The notes under the pieces are model-generated. The model saw nothing but the letters and a program-made list of their open reading frames with translations. It was not told the DNA's origin and did not search any database. Below, piece after piece: positions 1 to 8,644 of a DNA stretch of 55,970 bases. The DNA is from a bacterium (lineage in GTDB: Bacteria > UBP15 > UBA6099 > JAJRTR01): the NCBI GenBank assembly GCA_024278215.1, contig JAJRTR010000073.1, positions 1 to 55,970 of the forward strand, given 5' to 3'. The translations under genes were made by a program, and so were the position numbers. Every line of letters starts with the position of its first letter. Position 1 is the first letter of the stretch.

Positions 1-125
1 CCTGGTGTCGGATCGCCGCCATCGCCGTGGCGTCGACCGGCTCTCCGTCGGGACCGAGCACCGTCTGGTCCGCCGCGTAGATCGGCTCACCGAGGCGTCG
101 CGGGAGCGGCACGTCGTCGCGAACG

Positions 126-431
126 GCCGCCGCCCACCGCAACGAAACAGTCGCAATTGTTCTTCTTATAGAGATCGGCGACTTCGTTCACGACGAGATT
201 CGACGAATCCGGCGGTGTCTTGTCGTAAATAGTGCCGATTTCACAGTTCGAGCCGGCGAACGCTTTTTCGACAATCTCGACAAGGCCGGCGCCCTTGACG
301 CCCCGGTCTGTAACTATCATCGCCCTGTGCGCGCCAAGCTGGTCCATCTCATGGGGCAGATTCGACAGCGCCATAGTTCCGCTGACTATTTTTACGGGGC
401 AGAAGAATTCGTAATATGTTTTTTTCGCCAT
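126..431 (-). CDS. Iron-containing alcohol dehydrogenase, N-terminal part only (truncated at an apparent chimeric junction)
   Basis: MAKKTYYEFFCPVKIVSG...IVTDRGV..AGL...PPDSS..VVNE...DCFVAVGGG is the typical Fe-ADH N-terminus; similarity stops right after GGG at ~126. Confidence 0.85.
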
Positions 432-468
432 GTTCGACAACCTTCTTTCTTTGCTGTTATGCAACTCT

Positions 469-1011
469 TTATTTTGAAGATTTCAGTGCGAGTCCCGGCA
501 GGAGACCGGTGATCACAACAACTTTCCGCATCCTGTCGTTGAAAGACAGTTGGGGCGGTCGCTTCGAGTTTTTCCTGACCATGCCCTCGGGCAACAGGTA
601 CTTCTGCACGATTGCCATCGCCCTGACAGCCTGCACCGACTGGCCTATGTTGCCGTGCACAATCGTGCGGCGCTGCACAGCAGCCGTGTGCGCGCCCATA
701 AGTCCGGTGAACACCATCAGCGCGGAATCTATGTTTTTGAAGTAAAGAACCAGTTTGCCGTCCTTAACGCCTTTGCCCAGGTATTTGATCACGCCGTTCT
801 CCTTTTTCATCGACACAGCCGGGCCTCCGTGCATTACCGCCAGCGAAAACACGCGCCCGTCTTCCCAGTCACTGATTTCTTTCTGCATCTCGGGCACATT
901 CTTCGAGACGACCTCGAACCCCACTCCCAGCGCCAGCATTACTGTTTCAACTATCTTGTATTTCTTTTCGTATTCGAGATCGAAAACCTGAGATATAGAA
1001 AACAATTTCAT
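469..1011 (-). CDS. Hypothetical protein, probable SCP2/sterol-carrier-like fold
   Basis: ATG at 1011 with GGAAGG upstream; segment LVLYFKNIDSALMVFTGLMGAHTAAVQRRTIVHGNI resembles the SCP2 C-terminal pattern; co-oriented with the ADH. Confidence 0.55.
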   Translation of the reverse strand: MKLFSISQVFDLEYEKKYKIVETVMLALGVGFEVVSKNVPEMQKEISDWEDGRVFSLAVMHGGPAVSMKKENGVIKYLGKGVKDGKLVLYFKNIDSALMVFTGLMGAHTAAVQRRTIVHGNIGQSVQAVRAMAIVQKYLLPEGMVRKNSKRPPQLSFNDRMRKVVVITGLLPGLALKSSK

Positions 1012-1097
1012 TGTGTCCACCTTCCTCTGATCCTGATATCGGCAGGCGCAACAACCGCCTGGGCCGGGCAACTTGACGCACATCCTGATAATCATTC

Positions 1098-1272
1098 GAG
1101 CCGCCTGCAAAGCTCTGTTCTACTGTGGTCGGTTGCAATTGTCCATAGCAGAGTTGTCGCCGCAAAATCGTCCTCGACATACTTTGCGAGTACGTCCGTG
1201 GGGATTTATTTCTCCGCCTTGCCCTGATCAATCTCGCCCGGCCTCGCCACAAACGGACTTTGCAGGTGGCTC
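1098..1272 (-). mobile_element. MITE-like palindromic element, divergent copy 1
   Basis: TIR GAGCCGCCTGCAAAG...CTTTGCAGGTGGCTC; reverse complement aligns along its length with the copies at 17196, 26089 and 37142. Confidence 0.8.
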
Positions 1273-1450
1273 CTTTGTTGTGTCATAGGTTCAACGTCGT
1301 TTTACAACAGGTGAATTTTATCACAATCCCCGTCTTCATTAAAAGGAATATCAATAATTTGCGACATGTGGGAAAACTATTTATGATTCGTGTGTAATAA
1401 GTCATTTTCAAAAACAATGTTTTTGTCGAAGTCGGTCAAGATGCTTTAAA

Positions 1451-1472
1451 ATGATGAACGCACGTTCGTTAT
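1451..1472. promoter_or_regulatory. Imperfect palindrome, possible TetR-type operator
   Basis: ATGATGAACG-CA-CGTTCGTTAT upstream of the SCP2-like/ADH genes, close to a TTGACA at 1489. Confidence 0.3.
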
Positions 1473-1586
1473 AGTCGATCATTGTTGGTTGACATTTGTC
1501 GTCTTCGACTTATTACACACGAATCATTTATGTGTCTCGCACATTTTTTTAGCATAGACTTTTACAAGACCCTGTTTCGACGAATC

Positions 1587-1635
1587 TAACCCGGATTTCT
1601 CACAGAAGAATACGGAAGGATCACGATAGGCCCCC
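1587..1635. repeat. REP-like hairpin family, type A, degenerate
   Basis: TAACCCGGATTTCTCACAGAAGAATACGG matches the copies at 5041 and 25974. Confidence 0.65.
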
Positions 1636-1733
1636 ATTCTACTTACGTTGCGGCGGTGACCCGGGATATGTTGTCCCCGCCTTCACTTCATACGGTTGGC
1701 AATTGTGACGATTTATTGTTTCATGAAAAAAAA

Positions 1734-2411
1734 TCAATTGGATGGGCACACGAAAGCATTGTTTGTCGGGCAGTTCTCGAACATGTCCGGGAAGTAGCCG
1801 GCGGGATTAAGACATACGGGGCACTGTTTTGAATCCGCAGTCCGGACTTTCAATTCGTATGAGCGGCCATCATCAATGAAATCATATTCCATGTTTTCAA
1901 CATCACAGAATTCGGCCATATCCTTCATAGCGGCATCGGCACAGTCATTGGCTGTCAGACCGTCACACGTCCACGACATCCAGGTGGACTTCATCATGAA
2001 TAAATCTGATAAGTCGGCGGCATATTTTCCGTTGTTGATGCGATACTGCTCCTGCATCACACGCACTTCACCGACTGATTTTGTGCACTCACTGAAAATC
2101 TCGCTGCTGTTAAATATAAATGTTGTTCTTAGATAAAAGCCCCAGACCACAAGACACGCTATTCCCGAAACGATATACCATGTGCCGAGAGTGTGCGACC
2201 CGCCCGTCTTCTTTCTGAAAACATAAAACGACATTACAAAACCGAAAAAAGGGATCGCCAGCGATACGACAGGTGCAAGGACCCTGAACAAGCCCTTGCA
2301 AACAGACGATACTCTGCCGAGCACGCAGTTGATAAGGGGTTCGGGCTGACCGCAATGCACACACTCGCTCGCCCTGTAGCTGATTTCATTTCCGCACTTA
2401 CAGCATTTCAT
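1734..2411 (-). CDS. Zinc-ribbon membrane protein with a pilin-like C-terminal domain
   Basis: N-terminal CxxC-x10-CxxC, two hydrophobic helices, then EVRVMQEQYRINNGKYAADLSDL (pilin alpha-helix-like) and a Cys-rich tail. Confidence 0.55.
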   Translation of the reverse strand: MKCCKCGNEISYRASECVHCGQPEPLINCVLGRVSSVCKGLFRVLAPVVSLAIPFFGFVMSFYVFRKKTGGSHTLGTWYIVSGIACLVVWGFYLRTTFIFNSSEIFSECTKSVGEVRVMQEQYRINNGKYAADLSDLFMMKSTWMSWTCDGLTANDCADAAMKDMAEFCDVENMEYDFIDDGRSYELKVRTADSKQCPVCLNPAGYFPDMFENCPTNNAFVCPSN

Positions 2412-2592
2412 AACAGGCAGTATTCTAATTCAAAACCCACAATTTAGCTATGTGTTTGTGTATTCATGATTATATGTCCGTGAATTATCTGATAGTGTCG
2501 GTCGTGCTTGCGCAGGGAATCGCTTTTAAATGTGTAAGACTTAAATTATAATATTCATTCATTGAATACATGGGAAAAACGGAGGAAATGAT

Positions 2593-3786
2593 TTGAAAAA
2601 AACTATATCATTCAGAATTTCGAAATTGGTGTTCCTGTCGGCAATGCTGGTCGCGGTATTTACATGCTCGATTGTGAAAGCGGCACCGGAACTTATTGAA
2701 AAAGACGGGTTGCGTATCGTAAAACTTTCCGGCACGCCCTACGACATCGGCTTGCAGCACGGCAAGTTGCTCAAGGACGACATAATGCGAATCTACAAAA
2801 TATATTTAAAAGACCTTGTATACAATAAATGGATGAAGGAGTATGCCATACTCGGCAGAGGCGGCAAGGAGGCATATTCTAATCCGCGAAAAGTAATGAC
2901 AAAATTTGCAAAGGCAATGGAAAAAAACATACCTGAGGAATACATCCAGGAGATGAAAGGCATCGCCGACGGTGCGCAGATACCTTACTCCGAAGTGCTC
3001 AACATGAATTCGCATATAGATTATTTCGCAATACTCTGCTCGACACTTATTGCCACCGGGCCAGCCTCCAAAGACGGAAAACTCATCGAGGCAAGAAATC
3101 TCGATTGGGCGCAGGGCGGACTCAAAGACCTCGATAAATTCTCCACCGTTTTTGTGATCAAACCCGAAAAGGGACACGCTTTTGTTTCTGTTTTCTATCC
3201 CGGACTTGTGGGGGCGCTTACATCTGTCAATGATGCAAAAATCACATCGGAACTCAACTTCTCGATGGCAAAGGGAAACGCGAAGAATGGCACTCCGGCG
3301 CTTCTGCTTATGAGAAAAGTTGTTCAGTACGGCGGTTCGCTCGACGAAGCGGAAAAAATACTGCGCGACGCTCCGCGCCTTGCAGGCTACAACATCACTA
3401 TCGCAGACGGGAACACAAATAACGCGCGCCTGATCGAGATCACCGCGGATGTTGTGGACACTCTTTCGCCGACTGACGGCAAAATGGTGTCTACCAATCA
3501 TTTCATCACTGAAAAACTCGCCGACGGAAATATCGACACTTCAAATTTCAGTTCTTCACCGTCGGAAGACCGCTTCAACAGGCTAACTGAACTTCTGAAC
3601 GAAAATTACGGCAATGTGGACATGGCGCTCGCGCAGAAGATGATACACGACGGGCTCGTGAAGGTGTCCGGCACGGTGCAGACTGCAATATTCAAACCTG
3701 CGGATCAGCTCTTATGGGTCTGGACACGCAACAGGAAGCCGGGTGATTTCGTCAAGCTCAATGTCGCCGAACTGCTGGCCGATTGA
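2593..3786 (+). CDS. Secreted C45-family Ntn-hydrolase (acyl-CoA:6-APA acyltransferase / acid ceramidase-like)
   Basis: Signal peptide; GTPYDIGLQHG, EMKGIADG, nucleophile CST, ARNLDW, STNHF motifs; GGAGG RBS. Confidence 0.85.
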   Translation: MKKTISFRISKLVFLSAMLVAVFTCSIVKAAPELIEKDGLRIVKLSGTPYDIGLQHGKLLKDDIMRIYKIYLKDLVYNKWMKEYAILGRGGKEAYSNPRKVMTKFAKAMEKNIPEEYIQEMKGIADGAQIPYSEVLNMNSHIDYFAILCSTLIATGPASKDGKLIEARNLDWAQGGLKDLDKFSTVFVIKPEKGHAFVSVFYPGLVGALTSVNDAKITSELNFSMAKGNAKNGTPALLLMRKVVQYGGSLDEAEKILRDAPRLAGYNITIADGNTNNARLIEITADVVDTLSPTDGKMVSTNHFITEKLADGNIDTSNFSSSPSEDRFNRLTELLNENYGNVDMALAQKMIHDGLVKVSGTVQTAIFKPADQLLWVWTRNRKPGDFVKLNVAELLAD

Positions 3787-3810
3787 CCGGCGAATGGACT
3801 TTTATTCATC

Positions 3811-5043
3811 ATGAGCGACAGCAAAATGAGAAAAAAATCGTGTCTTGCGGGCATTGCCAAGTCTTTCATCAACCTGATAATAATCCTCTGCTTTTTCTTA
3901 TCATTGCTCATCGCATATCTGTTTTTCTCGAGTTCTCCCGTCGCATTCAACGAGGAAGCGGCAAAAAAGATTACTTATACACCGCTCGAAAAACTCGTTC
4001 CCGGCGATAAACTTCCGACCGGGCTGAAGTTGGGGAGATCAAACAACAATCTCGATCTGACACAGTTCAAAGGACGTTATTATTTCGCTTTCAGAACGGC
4101 ACCCACTCATTTTGCTTCCACCGAAACAATCATTTATGTGCTGAGTTCAAAAAATCTTGAAAAGTGGGAATACGAGACCGAGTTCAATCTTAAAGACGAT
4201 CTGCGCGAACCGCGTTTTCTTGTCTTCAAAAATAAACTCATTTTGTATTTTTTCCGCGGTGGCAGCAATCCACTCGCATTCGCACCGAAACATATTTACG
4301 CAACAGAGCGTACGGCAAAAGGGAAATGGACCGAACCGAAAGAAATATATGAACCGGGCTATGTCGACTGGCGTGCAAAGGTCCACAACGGGAAGGCCTA
4401 CATGAGCGTCTACTACGGCGCGGGCCTCTACACAAACGAAAACGAGCCGGGGAGCCTTCGGCTGCTGGTGTCCGACGACGGCTACAACTACAGGATGGTC
4501 GGCGGCAAAGAGGCAAGAACAAAGTATAGCTCGGAGGAAGGCGAATTCGAGTTTGACAATAAGGGAAATCTATGGGCGACAGTGCGGCTCGAAATGCTCG
4601 GCGGAGAAGTTTGCTTCGCGCCCAAAAAAGATTTGTCCGCCTGGGACTGTAAATTCACGAATTATAAATTCGACTCGGCTCTGATGTTCCGCCGTAAAGG
4701 TGAATTCTATGTCGTCGCACGCCGAAATATCGACGGTCCATACAATAAGCAGTCAAAGCTTATTCCTTCCGCACTAAGGTCGAAACTCTATCTCGTGCGG
4801 TATTCGGGAACAAGAAAAAGGACTGCGCTCTACCGGCTGAATAAGGAGAAAAAAGAACTCGAACCGCTCTTTGATTTTCCGTCACGGGGCGACACCGCAT
4901 ACGCCGGTATCACACAACTCGACGAAAACAAATACCTGCTGTTCAACTATAGTTGCGACATCGACGGCTTTGACTGGAGCTGGATTTTCGGACAGCTTAT
5001 CGGAACCAACATCTACTCGACTGTACTTGAATTCAGGGACTAA
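3811..5043 (+). CDS. Membrane-anchored beta-propeller / sialidase-like hypothetical protein
   Basis: N-terminal TM; SNNNLDL..FAFRTAPTHF, DLREPRF, Asp-box-like VSDDGYNY, GDTAYAG. Confidence 0.55.
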   Translation: MSDSKMRKKSCLAGIAKSFINLIIILCFFLSLLIAYLFFSSSPVAFNEEAAKKITYTPLEKLVPGDKLPTGLKLGRSNNNLDLTQFKGRYYFAFRTAPTHFASTETIIYVLSSKNLEKWEYETEFNLKDDLREPRFLVFKNKLILYFFRGGSNPLAFAPKHIYATERTAKGKWTEPKEIYEPGYVDWRAKVHNGKAYMSVYYGAGLYTNENEPGSLRLLVSDDGYNYRMVGGKEARTKYSSEEGEFEFDNKGNLWATVRLEMLGGEVCFAPKKDLSAWDCKFTNYKFDSALMFRRKGEFYVVARRNIDGPYNKQSKLIPSALRSKLYLVRYSGTRKRTALYRLNKEKKELEPLFDFPSRGDTAYAGITQLDENKYLLFNYSCDIDGFDWSWIFGQLIGTNIYSTVLEFRD

Positions 5044-5089
5044 CCCGTATTTCTCACAAAGAAATCCGGAAAATCGCGATAACGCCTGT
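5041..5089. repeat. REP-like hairpin family, type A (its TAA is the stop codon of the upstream CDS)
   Basis: TAACCCGTATTTCTCACAAAGAAATCCGG...CGCGATAACGCCTGT. Confidence 0.7.
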
Positions 5090-5172
5090 TTTACTGCATT
5101 GCGGTAGCGATTCGGGATCGATCACATACTAACAGTATGTTCCCTCACCACTCACTTGCCACGCCTTGTATT

Positions 5173-5222
5173 ACAGGCATTCTCCCGATTATTAGCCCGC
5201 ATTGGTGAAATATACGGACTAT
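5173..5222. repeat. REP-like hairpin family, type B
   Basis: ACAGGCATTCTCCCGATTATTAGCCCGCATTGGTGAAATATACGG is nearly identical to 48455-48500. Confidence 0.75.
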
Positions 5223-5302
5223 AGGGAATGCCCATACCGCGAGATCGAACAACTGGCGGAACAAGAGCGCAAACGGATATAATATCTTTTGGAGGATGTG
5301 CG

Positions 5303-6049
5303 ATGATAGTCGGCATTGTTGGTGTGCCGCCGTGGGAGACGATGCAGGATTACCTGCGGCGCGGGGCGAAGATTATTGACCTTGACGAACCGGTCAACGG
5401 CTTTCCCGTGCGTGACATTTATCTGCCCGCGACTTTCTGCCGGGTGCTCAAGCGAGTGGTTTCAAATATCTATTCGCTGCATGAGGCGGGCCGTCTCGAT
5501 ATGGTGCTGGCGACGGTGGGCGAGTGCAAATGCGACGGTATGCGAAATATCGCTCTCCGCATCAGGGCGACTTCCGGCATACCGATTGAAACGGTGAAGA
5601 ACGACAACATGGTCGGCGCGGGCTATCCGGTGTGCAGGAGTTCGCTTCCGCCCGCGAGAAAAATGGAACTGATCGTGAGCTCGGTATTCGCGCCGCTGCC
5701 GCGTGATGTGATCGTCGAAGAATGCGAACCCGTCTGCGGTTTCTGGGGTGTGCCGCCCGCAGACTTTTCCATAATGTCGCTTTTTCCCGACCGCACACAC
5801 ATCTATGGCTGGACACGCTGCATGGAGAACAAAACGCCTGCCGATCTCGATCTTGAATGTGTTGTCGACCCTGGCGTGCCGACTGTTTTCTTCGCGCAAT
5901 CCTTCTGCCAGAAAAACGCGCTCGCCTATAATCTCGCGAAAGAACACGGCGGGCTTTTTGTCGAGGTGGACAAGGCTCTCACACGATCTGCCAGGGCTAA
6001 AATCGAAGCGTTTTTACAGTTCAATATTCCCGGTGGAGGTACGCTGTGA
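5303..6049 (+). CDS. Short 2-hydroxyacyl-CoA dehydratase (HgdB/DCCP)-like Fe-S protein
   Basis: GGAGG RBS; LPATFC, KCDG, WTRC and SFCQ cysteines; C-terminal AKIEAFL; overlaps an activator ATPase. Confidence 0.6.
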   Translation: MIVGIVGVPPWETMQDYLRRGAKIIDLDEPVNGFPVRDIYLPATFCRVLKRVVSNIYSLHEAGRLDMVLATVGECKCDGMRNIALRIRATSGIPIETVKNDNMVGAGYPVCRSSLPPARKMELIVSSVFAPLPRDVIVEECEPVCGFWGVPPADFSIMSLFPDRTHIYGWTRCMENKTPADLDLECVVDPGVPTVFFAQSFCQKNALAYNLAKEHGGLFVEVDKALTRSARAKIEAFLQFNIPGGGTL

Positions 6050-6720
6050 ATAGTGAACGCCTTCTTGTAGACGCAGGTACGAGTTACACAAAAATATTGC
6101 GCCTGGGATCGGGCGAACGTAGTATTCTGCGCGCGAAAGATGCTAAAACTTTACTTGCTGATAAGAATGTTGTTGCCGCAACGGGACACCTGATACCGGG
6201 TGGAGAAATGTTGAAAGTCAACGAACTTGTCGCGCTTGCCGAAGGCGGCATGGCGCTTATCGGCGAGCCCGACTTCACGCTGCTGGACTGCGGAGCGCGT
6301 GATGTGAAATATGTGAAAGTGAGCGGCAGGCGCGTTGTGGGGATGGATTGGAACACGGAATGCGGCGCGTTTACGGGCCAGGTGATCGAGCTGCTGGCGC
6401 GCTACTTCGAGGTCGATCCGACGGCTGTGCCACGCGGCGTCGAGAAGATTCCTGTTGTGTGTGGTGTGCTCGGTATGACAAATATGTTCGATCTGATATC
6501 GCAGGGAGTGACACACGAGACGGCGTTCGGGCGTTTTCTGCGTGGCATCGCCTTTAATTGTGAGCGACTCGTCGGCAGGCCCGGAAAGATATTTCTGTCA
6601 GGCGGCCTCTGCGAAAACGCCCCATTCCTCGAAAGCTTTTCCTGCGAGGCTGTCCCGCTCGGGCGGCATGTCCTGCTCGAAGGATTAAAACGGATATATG
6701 AACGTGAGAACGGGGCATAA
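6046..6720 (+). CDS. BadF/BadG/BcrA/BcrD-family activator ATPase
   Basis: VDAGTSYTK, NELVALAEG, LDCGARDVK, WNTECGAFTG, VVCGVLG, SGGL; GTGA overlap with the upstream gene. Confidence 0.8.
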   Translation: MNSERLLVDAGTSYTKILRLGSGERSILRAKDAKTLLADKNVVAATGHLIPGGEMLKVNELVALAEGGMALIGEPDFTLLDCGARDVKYVKVSGRRVVGMDWNTECGAFTGQVIELLARYFEVDPTAVPRGVEKIPVVCGVLGMTNMFDLISQGVTHETAFGRFLRGIAFNCERLVGRPGKIFLSGGLCENAPFLESFSCEAVPLGRHVLLEGLKRIYERENGA

Positions 6721-6808
6721 CATACGCAGACTTGTAGCAATTTCCTGCACGGATGCTATAATGTTATTTTTGTGCGGAAATGTAAAATAACATGTCGGAG
6801 GCTGAAAA

Positions 6809-7864
6809 ATGAAAAAAATACAGGTGGGAGATTATGTCGAAGAGATATACGAACGGAGCGATCTGCCTGTCGAAAAAGCTCGTGAAATACTTAAGGATGA
6901 AACCGTTGCGGTCATTGGTTACGGTGTGCAGGGCAGGGCGCAATCACAGAATATGAGAGACAACGGGGTGAATGTGATAGTAGGGATGCGAAAAGGCGCA
7001 TCGTGGGACCTCGCGGAAGGAGATGGCTGGGTCGCGGGCGAAACACTTTTTGAGATAGAAGAGTGCGTGAAGAAAGGTACAATTGTGCAGTACCTGCTGT
7101 CGGACGCCGGGCAGAAACTGTGCTGGCCCCAAGTCAGGGACAACCTCGATGAAGGTGACTGCCTGTATTTCAGCCATGGTTTCTCGATTGTATATAAGGA
7201 AGCTTCAGGTGTTGTGCCGCCGGAGAATGTCGACGTGGTGCTGGTCGCGCCGAAAGGCTCGGGGACAACCGTGCGCAGCCTTTTCCTCGAAGGGCGTGGC
7301 ATCAACGGTTCGTATGCGATACACCAGGACGCCACAGGCCGCGCGCAGGAACGCTGCCTCGCCCTCGGTATCGCCATCGGGTCCGGCTACCTGTTCAAAA
7401 CCACTTTCGAGAATGAAGTGTACAGCGACCTGACGGGCGAACGCGGTGTGCTCATGGGCGCTATATACGGTTTATGGAAAGCGCAGTATGAACTCCTGCG
7501 CGAGGAAGGCCACTCACCGTCTGAAGCATTCAACGAAACTGTCGAAGAGGCCACTCAGAGCCTCTACCCGCTGATTGCTGAAAAAGGTATGGACTGGATG
7601 TACGCCAATTGCTCGACCACAGCACAGCGCGGCGCGCTGGACTGGTACCAGAAGTTCGCCGATGCCGTTAAACCCGTTTTCCGCGAACTCTACGACAAAG
7701 TGAAGTCGGGCGAGGAAGCGCGGATATCCATCGAGTCGAACAGCAAACCGGACTATAAAGAAAACCTTGCGAAAGAACTCAAAGAGATCGCAGACAGCGA
7801 GATGTGGAAGATCGGTGCCGAACTTCGTTCACTGCGCCCAGAACGGCAGAAAAAGAATGATTGA
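6809..7864 (+). CDS. ilvC: Ketol-acid reductoisomerase (Bacteroidetes/fungal-like type)
   Basis: VIGYGVQGRAQ, FSHGF, VAPKGSG, SDLTGERGVLMG, EAFNETVEE, NCSTTAQRGA. Confidence 0.97.
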   Translation: MKKIQVGDYVEEIYERSDLPVEKAREILKDETVAVIGYGVQGRAQSQNMRDNGVNVIVGMRKGASWDLAEGDGWVAGETLFEIEECVKKGTIVQYLLSDAGQKLCWPQVRDNLDEGDCLYFSHGFSIVYKEASGVVPPENVDVVLVAPKGSGTTVRSLFLEGRGINGSYAIHQDATGRAQERCLALGIAIGSGYLFKTTFENEVYSDLTGERGVLMGAIYGLWKAQYELLREEGHSPSEAFNETVEEATQSLYPLIAEKGMDWMYANCSTTAQRGALDWYQKFADAVKPVFRELYDKVKSGEEARISIESNSKPDYKENLAKELKEIADSEMWKIGAELRSLRPERQKKND

Positions 7865-7867
7865 AGA

Positions 7868-7896
7868 TAGCCCGCATTGGTGAAATATTCGCGTTA
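7868..7896. repeat. REP-like hairpin family, type B, degenerate
   Basis: TAGCCCGCATTGGTGAAATATTCGCGTTA just after the ilvC stop. Confidence 0.6.
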
Positions 7897-8101
7897 GCCG
7901 TTTTATCGTGTACAAGCAGAAGACTATTCAGCACCGCCTCCGAATGACAGGCTCGAGTCACGCAGGCTTATGTCATGCTGAACAAAGTGAAGCAGTTCGT
8001 TTTTCGGCACGTGACGAGTCGACCATCAAATTTCGAATAATGTGGAAAATACAATTTGAATACACCATACTATAATGAAACTTATATTATAAGTTAATAG
8101 A

Positions 8102-8644
8102 TTGCTGGAGAGAGAATTGAACGCTGATTTCCTTAATCCCTTTGTCAAATCGGTGCATAATGTATTAAGCGAAGTAATTTACGAAAAACCCGGCAGAGAT
8201 AAGCTTGAACTAAAGACAAAATACCCTTTCTTAACAAGTGAAGTGGCAATTATAGTTGGTTTTACCGGCGACATCGTCGGTCAGGTCGTCATCTCGATGG
8301 ATATCGACTGTGCCAGAGGAATCGCCGCGAAAATGATGATGGAGGAAGATATTCCGGAGCTCGACGAGTTCGCCAAAAGCGCCCTCGGTGAACTTGCAAA
8401 TATGATTTCGGCCAACGCCACAATAAGCCTCAGCGAAAAGGGTTTTGTCGCTGATATTACGCCTCCATCGGTAATCACCGGCAAAAAAATCGCTGTTTCG
8501 TGTCCGCAAAACATAAAAACGCTTATGGTTCCACTGACAGTATCTTCAGGAAGAATCGAGCTTTTTCTTTCTCTTATTGAAAACAAACACATTGAAGAAG
8601 AACATAAGAATCAGTTTACCAGTCACGATCTTTCAATGAATTAA
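8102..8644 (+). CDS. cheX: Chemotaxis phosphatase CheX
   Basis: FLNPFV, IVGFTGDIVGQ, SALGELANMISA, DITPPSVITG. Confidence 0.9.
   Translation: MLERELNADFLNPFVKSVHNVLSEVIYEKPGRDKLELKTKYPFLTSEVAIIVGFTGDIVGQVVISMDIDCARGIAAKMMMEEDIPELDEFAKSALGELANMISANATISLSEKGFVADITPPSVITGKKIAVSCPQNIKTLMVPLTVSSGRIELFLSLIENKHIEEEHKNQFTSHDLSMN

Noticed and set aside
8641-8644. Overlapping convergent stops of cheX and malQ (TTAA)
   Set aside because: Real but common and uninformative
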